A stretch of DNA of 64,000 nucleotides from Pristiophorus japonicus (taxonomy: Eukaryota), in contig NC_091984.1 of NCBI RefSeq assembly GCF_044704955.1, positions 146,444,001 to 146,508,000 of the forward strand, written 5' to 3'. The notes beneath the pieces are model-generated. The model did not search any database and was not told the DNA's origin. It saw only the letters and a program-made list of their open reading frames with translations. Of the stretch, positions 12,405 through 24,760 are shown one piece after another; the stretch's first letter is position 1, and the number at the start of each line of letters is the position of its first letter. A program made the position numbers and the translations under genes.

Positions 12405-13504
12405 TGTAGCACCAGCTTTCTGGCCATTTCTATCAACAAAACTTTAAACCCTTAAATCCAAATCCCCAAGAAAGAACTGTCCTGTTTGGCGAGCTTGTGG
12501 GGATGGCACTGAGGTGCATTCATATACAACCGGACATTTCACACTGACAGGCTGGGTGGCAGGGAACCCAGGCCCATTGATGTCATCACCATCTAAAGTG
12601 ATTCCTGGGAACAATATCCCGAGAGGTAACTCAGAGACACTGTACCTTTGCATTGTTAAAGCACAGTCACCACTCAGTCCCAACCCAAACTGGTGCAGGA
12701 CAGGAAATGGCCGGCCCATTGTCTTCCAGGAGATAAGCCGGTTAAGTAAGATCGGTTTGTGATCGAAACCCATTACCTGATAATGGGGGCCATCAACTCA
12801 GGAAACGACAGACATCCAGTAATCAGCACCCATTGTCTCTCCAGACACAAGGCCTGGGAGCGGGAAAACAAAATATCATCTTTCACAAAGATTTCAAAGG
12901 CTATGAGGGGTGGGGAGATTGTCCAGACAGATTACCGGAGTCAATCCATCGGTCAGTATTGGCGGGAGGAAAGGTGATGGGTTTTGGGGATATAAGGAGC
13001 CACTTTGCAACAAGCTCCAGTTCAGGAGGAAGAAAGCTCCGGAAAAAGCCCAGGACAAAGCTCAGGAAAACCCAGGAAAAATCCCAGGAAAAAGCTCAGG
13101 AGCGAGACGTTCAGGAAGAAGCTGCAAGCAAGACAACGTGCAATCAGGGTGAGCATATTGCCTGCACCTACACATCCACAAGACCACTTAGCTGTGTGAG
13201 GGGGTGATTGTAAGTCCCAACCAAACCCAAGGGGTTTAGTGCTGGGGGGGTCCTGTGTTAGTTTATTTCACGGGAGGGTTCATTTATTAAGCCGTGGTAA
13301 CTTAGCATGGCAGGGCTAATTGGACAAGCCAGGGTTGTACTGTTTTGCACTGTTTATGAGTGGTGTTGTTAATCTTATTGAACACAAAACGGTTGAGCCC
13401 GAAAAATGTATGTCCGAGTCTGATCTGTCCATATAATCCCAATCGTCCAGAACTTGTAGTAGGAAGTGCGTTTTCGTTACGCCCGAGAAAACCACCGACA
13501 GACA
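12405..13504 (+). repeat. 3' LTR
   Basis: Starts TGTAGC after AGGGGGAT and ends ...GACA; direct repeat of the 5' LTR. Confidence 0.9.
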
Positions 13505-14900
13505 CCTCCTCAGTACTGCCCCTCCAACAGTGCTGTGCTCCCTCAGTACTGCCCCTCCGACAGTGCGGCATTCCCTCAGTACTGTGCCTCTGACGGTGCT
13601 GCACTCCCTCAGTACTGCCCCTCCGACAGTGCGGCATTCCCTCAGTACTGTGCCTCTGACAGTGCTGCACTCCCTCAGTGCTGCCTCTTCACCAGTGCGG
13701 TACTCTCTCAGAACTGCCCCTCCAAAAGTGCAGTACTCCCTTACTACTATCCCTCCGACAATCCAGCACTCCCTCAGTACTGCCCCTCCGACAGTGCGGC
13801 ACTCCCTCAGTACTGCCCCTCCGACAGTGCGGCACTCCCTCAGTACTGCCCTTCCAACAGTGCAGCACTCCCTCAGTACTGCCCCTCCGACAGTGCGGCA
13901 TTCCCTCAGTACTGTGCCTCTGACGGTGCTGCACTCCCTCAGTACTGCCCCTCCGACAGTGCGGCATTCCCTCAGTACTGTGCCTCTGACAGTGCTGCAC
14001 TCCCTCAGTGCTGCCTCTTCACCAGTGCGGTACTCTCTCAGAACTGCCCCTCCAAAAGTGCAGTACTCCCTTACTACTATCCCTCCGACAATCCAGCACT
14101 CCCTCAGTACTGCCACTCCGACAGTGCGGCACTCCCTCAGTACTGCCCCTCCGACAGTGCGGCACTCCCTCAGTACTGCCCTTCCAACAGTGCAGCACTC
14201 CCTCAGTACTGCCCCTCCGACAGTGCGGCATTCCCTCAGTACTGTGCCTCTGACGGTGCTGCACTCCCTCAGTACTGCCCCTCCGACAGTGCGGCATTCC
14301 CTCAGTACTGTGCCTCTGACAGTGCTGCACTCCCTCAGTGCTGCCTCTTCGCCAGTGCGGTACTCTCTCAGAACTGCCCCTCCAAAAGTGCAGTACTCCC
14401 TTACTACTATCCCTCCGACAGTGCAGCACTCGCTCAGTCCTGCCCCTCCAACAGTGCAGCACTCCCTCAATACTGCCCCTCCGCCACTGCGGTACTGTCT
14501 CAGCACTGCCCTTTGATCAGTGCAGCTATCCCATAGTATTACCTCTCCGACAGTGCAGCACTCGCTCAGTACTGCCCCTCCGACAGTGCAGCGCTCCCTC
14601 AGTACTGCCCTCCGGCAGTGCAGCACTCGCTCAGTACTGCCATTCCGACAGTGCAGCAGTTACTCACAACTGCCCCTCCAACAGTGCGGCACTCCATCAA
14701 TACTGCCCCTCTGGCAGTGCAGCACTCCCTCAGTACTACCCCTCTGACAGTGCAGCACTCCCTCAGTACTGCCCATCTGACAGTACGACACTCCCTCAGT
14801 ACTGCCCCTCTGACAGTGTGGTACTCCCTCAGTACTGCCCCTCTGACAGTGCAGCACTCCCTCAGTACTGCCCCTCTGACAGTGCAGCACTCCTTCAGGA
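13505..14900. repeat. 33-bp minisatellite (CCTCCGACAGTGCAGCACTCCCTCAGTACTGCC) with a 330-bp higher-order period
   Basis: Variant monomers recur at 13678, 14008 and 14338; the unit matches an internal segment of the Deu-type SINE (26866-26900, 17810-17842). Confidence 0.92.
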
Positions 14901-16487
14901 CTGCACAGCTGTGTATGTCTTTATTTTACACTCAGGCCCCTGGAGTAGGGCTTGAACCCACGATACAACATTGCATCACTGGATGCCGCACAGTCTGAGC
15001 TGTGAGTCATATCCCGACCTCAGTTGGAACAGCTAACTCAGAACAAACAACAGCAACTTTTATACAGCACCTTTAACACAGTAAAACTTCCCGAGCGCTT
15101 CACAGGAGCGTTATAGAATAAAGATTGACAGCGAGCCACGTAGGGAGACATTGAAAATTGCAGCTCAGTCAAATTGTGAGGGAAATTGGCAGTGCTGCCT
15201 TCATAACAAAAGGGGGCGATGTTGGTTCTGAAAAGACCAAATTTTTGGACAATTTCTGTGTAACTCAATTGATTGGTTTGTAAAACCCGTTTGTTCCAAA
15301 CCTCCAGTCAGGTTTGCAGAATCATTTCCAGTTCCCCACGTGTCATTTGATGGTGGATCTCAGCGTGTATCTCCTCGTCCGCTCGTGAGGCGGTGTCTCA
15401 GACCGATTGGCAGGTCAGCAGCCACTCCGCACTGCAGCGAGCATCGGCAGGTCATTCCACTGTGGAAGGCCTCACCGCAGAGCTCGGTGCACAGGGTATA
15501 TCCACACAGAGACGCTCAGCCGCCAGGTACAGCAGCAACAACCTGCATTGCTACAGCAACTGGAACATTAGAACAACATCCCGAGGCAGCTGACAGAGGC
15601 ATAATCTGGTCAAAGTGGTGCTGAGCCAAAGGGGGAGAGGCTGGGAGAGGGATCAAAACCCTCAGTCACAGATTGGGTTTGAAGGGAGGTCTTAAAAGAG
15701 GAGAGGGGTGGAGTGGCAGAGAGGTTTAGGGAGCAGGGAGTTAGGGCCCAGGCAGCTGAAGGCATGGCCCCCAATGGAGGGGGAAGGGAAGGGGGGAATG
15801 GATAAGAAGCCTGAGACAGATACAGCGGCCCCTGAACACAACAACAACTTGCATTTATATAGCGAGTGTTGTGACAATGACAGACAGTGAGAATATAACC
15901 CAGATAATGTAACACAGTATTTGCAGCACTTGACACTGTGGGGAAAGCTTGCAATTTTAAATCCATGAGCTGTACATAAGCGAGAGCAGGACCTGTTTGT
16001 GGCCGGTGCGGAGATCACCACTTACAGAAGGTAGTTACTGCAGGGAATTCAGGGCCACAGTGACCTCCTGGACTAGTTTCCATCGCCCGGGGGGAGAGCG
16101 GGGGCAGTCGGAGAGGAGTTTCCCAGATTTATTTCCCCCAATGGGTTTTTTACCTGGTTTTTCGCCTCTCCCAGGAGATCAGGTAGTTTTGGGTGGGGTG
16201 GAGAGTCTATACTGTGATACACAAGGTATCACAATTGTGTGGGACGGGCTGGATGGACCACAGGGTCTTTACCTGTCCGTCACTGTCCGTGGGTTTGGGT
16301 TTCAAAAATTTAGAGCTGAATTGGAAAGAAAGACTTGCATTTGTATAGCGCCTTTCACCACCTCAGGACGTCCGAAAGCGCTTTACAGCCAATGAAGTAC
16401 TTTTGAAGTGTGGCGACTGCAGTAATGGAGGAGACACGACAGACAATTTGTGCACAGCAAGCTCCCACATGTGTATGAACAGATAAT

Positions 16488-17654
16488 GGGCCCAAATTGC
16501 ATATCGCCCCGGTTGGGGCAGTAACTTTTCCCATGCCCAAATTGCGCCCCGGAATCGAAATTGGGGTCACGGCCCCTGACAGGTAGTGAAGCGCTGAACT
16601 TCCCCTGGGGTTAGGCTCGGAGCGGGCGAGTGTCAGGCTGCATCATCGCGGCAGCGACCCTGTCACATCAGCACAGAAAGGCCCGACCGGTCAGTCGGCA
16701 AAAACAAATGGCGAGGCACGGCGGCGCATACCTCCCGGCAAGTTTCACCCCGCGAGTGAAGTGCGGCCTGGTTCGTGACCCACAGGCCTGGCGCAGACAC
16801 GGCTCACGGGGAGCGGACTCAGCTCACGGGGAGCGGACACAGCTCACGGGGCACGGACTCGGCTCACGGGGAGCGGACACGGCTCACGGGGAGTGGACAA
16901 GGCTCACGGGGAGCGGACACATTCATGGGCGTGGATACGGGGAGCGGACACGGCTCATGGGGAGTGGACAAGGCTCACGGGGAACGGACACAGCTCACGG
17001 GGAACGGACACAGCTCACGGGGAGCGGACACAGCTCACGGGGAGTGGACCCGGCTCACGGGAAGCGGACACGTTCACGGGCGTGGATACGGGGAGCGGGT
17101 AGCGGACACGGCTCACGGGCGCAGACACAGCTCACGGGGAGCGGACACTGCTCACGGGGCGTGGACACGGCTCACGGGGCAGAGACTCGGCTCACGGGGA
17201 GCGGACACGGCTCACGGGGCACGGACTCGGCTCACGGGGAGTGGACACGGCTCACGGGGCATGGACTCGGCTCACGGGGAGCGGACACGGCTCACGGGGA
17301 ACGGACATGGCTCAGGGGGAACGGACACGGCTCACGGGGAACGGACATGGCTCAGGGGGAACGGACATAGCTCAGGGGGAACGGACACTGCTCACGGGGA
17401 ACGGACACTGCTCACGGGGAACGGACACAGCTCACGGGGAACGGACACAGCTCACGGGGAACGGACACGGCTCAGGGGGAACGGACTCGGCCCATGGGGA
17501 GCGGACGCGACTCACGGGCGCAGCCACGGCTCAGTGGGCGCTATCCATTTCACCCCCTGCACCACCCCACTTCCCGGGGAAGACAATGTCACACCCCGTC
17601 AGCGCCCCCCGGAGGCACTAAATGCAGACACACAGAGGGGAAATTTCGTAAACC
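16488..17654. mobile_element. Non-autonomous DNA transposon (PIF/Harbinger-like MITE) carrying a VNTR
   Basis: Splits the SINE with a 3-bp AAT duplication; GC-rich imperfect termini (GGGCCCAAATT.. / ..AAATTTCGTCCCC in the paralog). Confidence 0.6.
16795..17530. repeat. 20-bp GC-rich VNTR (GGCTCACGGGGAGCGGACAC) x ~36
   Basis: Clear 20-bp periodicity. Confidence 0.92.
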
Positions 17655-18059
17655 AATCTGTTTTTGTGATGTTGATTGAGGGATAAATATTGGCCAGGAC
17701 ACCGGGGAGAACTCCCCTGCTCTTCTTCAAAATAGTGGCATGGGATCGTTAACACCCACCTGAGAGAGCAGACAGGGTCTCGGTTTAATCTCTCGCCTGA
17801 AAGACGGCCCCTCCGACAGTACGGCACTCCCTCAGTACTGCACCGGAACTGTCAGTCTCAATTTTGGAGCTTAGTCTCTGGAGTGGAACTTAAACCCACA
17901 ACCTTCCGACTACAGAGGCAAGTGTGGTGCCCATTGAGTCACAGCTGACTGGTCCATCCACAGAGTTCGCCCTCAGTGGGGTGAACAAATCCAGAAATTA
18001 TGGTCTGAATGATGTAGGCCTGGCCGTTACTTGCTTTTCTATAGTTTTAAGTTTATTTC

Positions 18060-20533
18060 TGCTAAGTTAGTTCTTTGACTATTAAATAGAGGCATAGCAG
18101 GGCAGTTCTGTCCCGTGCAGTGCACATCCTGTGCCATGTGGGAAGTCCTGGACGCTTCTCGTGGCCTGGACGACTACATGTGCAGGAAGTGTCAGAGACT
18201 GAGCTGGAGTCACTGCGGTGCATCCGCGAGGCTGAGAACTTCATGGATAGCACGTTTCTAGAGGTGGCCACCCTGCAGCTTAAGAGTGTGCAGGCAGAGA
18301 GGGAATGGGTGACCACCAGACAGAAGAGGAGGTCCAGGCAGGTAGTGCAGGAGTCCCCTGAGTCCAACTCGCTCTCCAACCAGTATTCTGTTCTGAGTAC
18401 TGGTGGGGGCGATGGTGCCTCTAGGAAGTGCAGCCAGAGCCAAGTCCACAGCACCACGGGTGGCTCAGCTGCACAGGGGGGAGGAAGAAGAGTGGAAGAG
18501 CAATAGTGGTAGGGGATTCGATAGTTAGGGGAACAGACAGGCATTTCTGCGGCCGCAGACGTGACTCCAGGATGGTATGTTGCCTGCCTGGTGCCAAAGT
18601 CAAGGATGGCACTGATTGGCTGCAGTACATTCTGAGGGGGGAGGGTGAACAGCCAGAGGTTGTGGTCCATATCGGTACCAATGACATAGGTAGAAAGAGG
18701 GATGAGGTCCTACAGGCAGAGTTTAGGGAGCAAGGAGAGAGAATAAAAAGCAAGACCTCAAAGGTAGTAATCTCCGGATTACTCCTGGTGCCATGTGCTA
18801 GTGAGTACAGAAATAGGAGGATAGAGCAGATGAATGCGTGGCTGGAGAGATGGTGCAGGAGGGAGGGCTTTAGTTTCCTGAGGCATTGGGACTGTTTCTA
18901 TGGGAGGTGGGATATGTACAAACTGGACGGGTTGCATCTCAACAGAGCTGGAATCAATATTCTTGCGGGGATGTTTGCTTGTGCTGTTTAGGAGGGTTTA
19001 AACTAGCTTGGCAGGGGGATGGGAACTGGAGAATAGATTCAGTGGGGAGAGAAGCAAAGCTGGAATTGGAAAGCAGAAAAGGAGAAATTGAATTTGGAAG
19101 AAAGAGGAAAGAAACCTAGAAAATAGACAACAAGGCAGTTTGGCAGTGCTCAATGGTATATACTTCAAGCAAGGAGTATAGGGAATAAGGCAGATGAGCT
19201 GAGAGCACAGATAGACACTTGGGAGTACGATATTATAGCTATTACTGAGACATGGCTGAAAGAAGGGCAGGTATGCCAACTCAACATTCCTGGTTACAGC
19301 CTTTCCTGATGGGATAGAGAGGGGGATAAAAAAGGAGGAGTTCGCAGTTGTGAAACAATTGAAAGAAACAATTACAGCTGTGAGGAGGGATGATATGTCG
19401 GAAGGATCATCAAATGAGGCCATATAGGTCGAATTGAAGAACGAAAAAGGGGTAATCACACTGCTGGGAGTGTACTATAGACCCCCAAACAGTCAGAGGG
19501 AGAGAGAAGAGCAAATATGTAGGCACGTTTCTGACAAGTGCAAAAGCTATAGGGCAGTTATAGTAGGGGATTTCAACTACCCTGATATTAACTGGGATAA
19601 AATTAGTGTGAAAGATATAGAAGGTGCGGAATTCCTAAAATGCATTCAGGAGAATTTTTTTAGCCAGTGTGTAACGAGCCCAACAAGGGAGGGGACGGTT
19701 CTTGACTTGGTTTTGGGGAATGAGGAGGGGCAGGTGGAAGGGGTATCAGTGGGGGAGAGCATTTTGGTGCCAGTGATCATAATTCAGTTAGATTTAGGAT
19801 AGTTATGGAAAAGGACAAAGATAGACCAGGAATAAAAGTTATCAACTGGGGAAAAGCCAATTTAGCTGAGCTGAGATGAGATTTGGCCAAAGTGGACTGG
19901 AAACGGCTACTTGAAGGTAAATCAGTGTCAGAGCAGTGGGAGGCATTCAAGGAGGAAATCCTGTGGTTTCAGAGTAAGTCTGTTCCCTTAAAGAAAAAGG
20001 GTGGGACTAACAAATCTAGAGGCCCCTGGATGTCAAGGGAAATACAGTGGAGAATAAAGTAAAAAATGGAGGCTTATGGCAGATACCGAGGGCTCAATAC
20101 TGCAGGAACTTTAGAGGAGTATAGAAAGTGCAGGGGTGCAATGGCTGATGGGTGTTTTTGTGACTGGAAGGCTGTTTCCAGTGGGGTTCCGCAGGGCTCA
20201 ATGCTGGGTCCCTTGCTTTTTGTGTATATATCAATGATTTAGACTTAAATGTCGGGGTATGATGTAGAAGTTTGCAGATGATAGTAAAATCGGCTGAGTG
20301 GCTGATAATGAAGAAGAAAGCTGCAGACTGCAGGAAGATATCAATGAAATGGTCAGGTGGGCAGAACAGTGGCAAATGGAATTTAATCCGGAGAAGTGTG
20401 AGGTCATGCATTTGGGGAGGTCAAACAAGGCAAGGGAATACATATTAAATGGGAGGACACTGAGAGGTGTAGAGGAACAAAAGGACCTTGGTATGCATGT
20501 CCACAGATCCCTGAAGGTAGCAGGCCAGGTAGA
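18060..20533 (+). mobile_element. Older CR1 subfamily copy: ORF1 + EN + RT remnant, internal deletion at ~20138
   Basis: GDSIVRG..HIGTND..DGLHLN; YYRPPN..VGDFN; abrupt jump to the RT region. Confidence 0.88.
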
Positions 20534-20843
20534 TGGGTTTTTACGACAATCCGCCAGTTTCATGGTCACCATTACTGACACTAGCTTTTTATTCCAGATT
20601 TATTTAATTAACTGAATTTAAATTTCCCAGCTGCCATGGTGGGATTTGAATTCGTGTCTTGGTCATTAGTCCAGGCCATAGTAGTCCATAGCTCTTTCAA
20701 AGAGCCAGCACAGGTTTGATGGGCCGAATGGCTTCCCTCTATGCTGTGAGATGCTGTGATTAAGGAGCGGGGCTCCAACTAGCGTAGGCAATGTGGGTTG
20801 AAGGGTTGAAAGCAGGGGTTTGGGTGGAGCCCATAGAGATGTA

Positions 20844-20859
20844 CCACAAGGGGGCGCTA
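20844..20859 (+). promoter_or_regulatory. Candidate CTCF site
   Basis: CCACAAGGGGGCGCTA is close to the consensus CCASYAGRKGGCRS. Confidence 0.4.
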
Positions 20860-21084
20860 CATCATCGATTGATCCAATTATTGGTAGCGGGGAAACCGGG
20901 GATGGAAATAGTTTCAATAAAATGTATGCTGTGACTTTTAAAGTGGTCAACACCACCAGCATGATCATAGAATCACAGAAAATTACAGCACGGAAGGAGG
21001 CCTTTCAGCACATCGTGTCCGCGCCGGCCAACAAAGATCTATCCAGCCTAATCCCACTTTCCAGCTCTGGGTCCGTAGCCCTGT

Positions 21085-21750
21085 GAGTTACGGCACTTTA
21101 AGGGCACATCCACGTATTTTTAAATGTGGTGAGGGTTTCTGCCTCTACCACCCTTTCAGGCAATGAGTTCCAGACCCCCACCACCCTCTGGGTGAAGAAT
21201 TGTTTCCTCATCTCCCCTCTAAACCTTCCACCAATTACTTTAAATCTATGCCCCCTGGTTGTTGACTCCTCTGCTAAGGGAAATAGGTCCATTCTATCCA
21301 CTCTATCTCGGCCCCTCATCATTTTATACACCTCAATAAGGTCTCGCCTCAGCCTCCTTTGCTCCAAGGAAAACACCTCCAACAGATCCAATCTTTCCTC
21401 ATAGCTAAAATTCTCCAGTCCTGGCAACATCCTCGTGAATCTCTTCTGTACCCTCTCTCGTGTAATCACATCTTTCCGGTAATGTGGTGACCAGAACTGC
21501 ACGCAGTACTCTAGCTGTGGCCTAATTAGAGTTTTATACAGTTCAAGCATAACCTCCCTGCTCTTGTATTCTGTGCCTCGACTAATAAAGTCAAGTATTC
21601 TGAGTGCCTTTTTAACCATCTTATCGACCTGGCCTGCTAACTTCAGGGATCTGTGGACATGCACTCCAAGGTCCCTCCATTCCTCCACCCCTCTCAGTAC
21701 CCTCCCATTTATTGTGTATTCCCTTGCCTTGTTGCCCCTTCTCAAATGCA
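21085..21750 (-). mobile_element. CR1 3' fragment
   Basis: RPQLEYCVQFWSP..FFTQRVVGVWNSLP. Confidence 0.88.
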
Positions 21751-22044
21751 TTAGAACATGGCTGCAGTTAGAGCAGCCTTTCCACCCGCTGACAGCACTC
21801 ACTGAGTCTGACTCATGGCATCGATCAGCTGGACATTGATCTGGAAACACCAGCCCCCTGGTGAGGGAATCAAGGCTCTGATGTGACTGATAAAAGTCAA
21901 GATGAGGTTGTGGAGGTGCACAGCTGCTGCTGTATACAATGAACAGGAGGAGGCTATTCAGCCCCTCGAGCCTGTTCCCCCATTCAATCAGATCATGGCT
22001 CATCTGTATCTGAACTCCATCCACCCGCTTTGGTTCCACAAGTT

Positions 22045-22365
22045 CCAAGGCCTATACTCTCTAGAGTTTAGAAGAATAAGAGATGATCCCATTGAAACAT
22101 ACCCAATTCTGACAGGGTAGATGCAGGGAGGATGTTTCCTCTGGCTGGGAAGTCTAGAACCAGGGCTCACATTCTCAGAATAAGGGGTCGGCCATTTAGG
22201 ACTGAGATGAGGAGAAACCTCTTCATTCAGAGGGTGGTGAATCTCTGGAATTCTCTACCCCAGAGGGCTGTGGAGGCTCAGTCCTTGAGTATATTCAAGA
22301 CAGAGATCGATAGATTTTTGAATATTAAGGGAATCAAGGGATTTGGGGGCAGTGCAGGAAAGTAG
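22045..22365 (+). mobile_element. CR1 3' fragment
   Basis: LYSLEFRR..QRVVNLWNSLP. Confidence 0.85.
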
Positions 22366-22429
22366 GTGAAGGTGGGGGGCGCGGTGTGGCAGGACAAGAG
22401 GCCTATTCCTGGGGGGGGAGTGGTTAATT

Positions 22430-22890
22430 CGCACCAAGTCCCGCTCACCCATCACCCCCGCTGACCTACATTGGCTTCCGGTTAAGCAGCGCCTCGATTT
22501 TTAAATTCCCATCCTTGTTTTCAAATCCCTTCATGGCCTCGCCCCTCCCTATCTCTGTGATCTCCTCCAGCCCCACAACCCCCCGAGATGTCTGTGCTCC
22601 TCCAGTTCTGCCCTCCTGAGCATCCATGATTATAATCGCTCAACCATTGGTGGCCGTGCCTTCTGTTGCCGAGACCCCAAGCTCTGGAACTCCCTCCCTA
22701 AATCTCTCCGCCTCTCTACCCATCTTTCCTCCTTCAAGACGCTCCTTAAAACCTACCTCTTTGGTCACCTACACTAATTTTTTCTTATGTGACTTGGTGT
22801 CAAAGTTTGTATCTCATAATACTCCTGGGAAGTGCCTTGGGACGTTTCACTACGTTAAAGGCACTATATAAATATAAGTTGTTGTTGTTG
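22430..22890 (+). mobile_element. L2-clade LINE 3' end
   Basis: HITP..LHWLP..FKI..WNSLP..FK.LLKTYLF remnant; (TTG)n tail with a 3' end shared with the Deu SINE. Confidence 0.7.
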
Positions 22891-22959
22891 AATTGAGGCA
22901 AAATCTGGTATTCTGGATGTCGCCGCTCCTTTTAACACCCTCTCCAAAGCACGCACAGC

Positions 22960-24322
22960 AAATGTAACGCCCCTATTTAAAAAAGGAGGCAGACAGAAAG
23001 CAGGAAACTATAGACCAGTTAGTCTAACATCTGTCGTTGGGAAAATGCTGGAGTCCATTATTAAGGAAGCAGTAGCAGGACATTTGGAAAAGCATTGTTC
23101 AATCAAGCAGAGTCAGCACGGTTTTATGAAAGGGAAATCATGTTTGACAAATTTTCTGGAATTCTTTGAGGATGTAACGAGCAGGGTGGATAAAGTGGAA
23201 CCAGTGGATGTGGTGTATTTGGATTTCCAGAAGGCATTCGATAAGGTGCCACATAAAAGGCACAAGATAAAAGTTCACGGGGTTGGGGGTAATATATTAG
23301 CATTTATCGAGGATTGGTTAACTAACAGAAAACAGGGAGTCAGAATAAATGGGTCATTTTCCCGTTGCCAAACGGTAACTTGTGGGGTGCCACGGGGATC
23401 AGTGCTGGGGCCTCAATTATTTACAATCTCCATTAATGACTAAGGGACCGAGTGTAAAGTAACCAAGTTTGCTGGGAGGACAGACGCACCAACATTAGTG
23501 TCCTCGACCAGACCAACATCCCCAGTATTGAAGCACTGACCACATTGATCAGCTTTGCTAGGCAGGCCACATTGTCCACATGCCAGACATGAGACTCCCA
23601 AAGCAAGCGCTCTCCTCGGAACTCCTTCACAGCAAACAAGCCAAAGATGGGCAGAGGAATATTACGAGGACACCCTCAAGGTCTCCCTGATAAAGTTCAA
23701 CATCCCTACTGACACCTGGGAGTCCCTGGCCAAAGACCTCCCTAAGTGGAGGAAGTGTATCCTGGAGGGCGCTGACCACTTCGAGTCTCATCGCCGAGAG
23801 CATGCAGAACCCAAGCACAGGCAATGGAAGGAACGCGCGGCAAACCTGTCCCACCCTCCCTTCACCTCAACAACTATATGTCCCACCTGTGGCAGGGACT
23901 GTTCAGCCACCTAACGACTCATTCTACGAGTAGAGGCAAGTCTTGCTCGATTACGAGGGACTGCCTATGATGATGGGTGGGAAAGCAAATTGTGAGGACA
24001 CAAAAAATCTGCAAAGGGATATAGACAGGCTAAATGAGTGGGTAAAATGTTGGAAGATGGAGTATAATGTGGGAAAATGTGATGTAATTCACTTTGGCAG
24101 GAAAGCAATTTATTTTTTAATTGGAGAAAAATTGCAAACTGTTGCAGTGCAGAGGGACCTGAGGGTCCTGGTGCATGAAACACAAAAAGTTAGTATGCGG
24201 TACAACAAGTGATCAGGAAAGCAAATGGAATATTGGCCGTTATTGTAAGGGGCGGGGCGGGGGGGGGGGGGGGAGTATAAAAGTAGGGAAGTCCTGCTAC
24301 AACTGTACAGGGTATTGGTGAG
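22960..24322 (+). mobile_element. CR1 RT fragment interrupted by an RTE
   Basis: YRPVSLTS..QHGFMKGKSC..DFQKAFDKV; resumes at ~23976. Confidence 0.85.
23473..23975 (+). mobile_element. RTE-clade LINE 3' fragment
   Basis: GHIVHMPD..LPK..DTLK..WESLA..CPTCGRDC; (GAT)n tail; same family as 41770-42500. Confidence 0.75.
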
Positions 24323-24494
24323 ACCCCCCTGAGAACCCCCACACCCGATCGCCCAGGTTCCCCCCTTCCCACAAGGTCAGCCCCCGATCACTCCCCTGGT
24401 CTACCCTCCACCCCCCCCGCCCCCCAACCCTCCTCCCCCCAGCCCCCTAACGACCCCCGACTCCCCCAGGAGCTGGAGCATCTCCTCAGGCCAA

Positions 24495-24554
24495 CATAAC
24501 AGTGCTGGGTAGCAGTCACTAACACACAGACACACACCTACAGACAGTGCCAGG

Positions 24555-24593
<39 letters not shown>

Positions 24594-24760
24594 CAGTCAG
24601 TGCTGGGTAACAGTCACACACACACACACACTTACACACCTATAGACGGTGCTGGGGAACAGTCACACACACAACACACACACACCTACAGACGGTGCTG
24701 GGGAACAGTCACACACACACACACACCTACAGGTGGTGCTGGGTAAGCCACACTAACACT
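24495..24760. repeat. Compound (CA)n / GTGCTGGG..CAGTCAC repeat
   Basis: Visible units with variable CA tracts. Confidence 0.85.

Larger units (their letters stand above)
5865..13504 (+). mobile_element. Retrovirus-like LTR retroelement (gag-pro-RT-tether-RNase H-IN, no env), decayed
   Basis: ~1.1-kb LTRs, PBS, CCHC knuckle, LPQG/YVDD RT motifs, two RNase H-type domains, DDE integrase core, purine run before the 3' LTR. Confidence 0.92.
14883..17767 (+). repeat. Segmental duplication arm A (inverted copy at 61782-64000)
   Basis: Collinear reverse-complement match including non-TE sequence and shared TE junctions. Confidence 0.92.
16325..17950 (-). mobile_element. Deu-domain tRNA-derived SINE (SacSINE1-like), interrupted by a MITE
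   Basis: Matches the uninterrupted copy at 26575-27003 on both sides of the insertion. Confidence 0.75.

Noticed and set aside
13302-14998. Long Cys-rich ORFs (436, 356 and 328 aa)
   Set aside because: Artefacts of a stop-poor 33-bp repeat that is open in several frames on both strands
16630-17686. His/Gly-rich ORFs of 246-303 aa
   Set aside because: Translation of the 20-bp VNTR; the array is nearly absent in the paralogous arm
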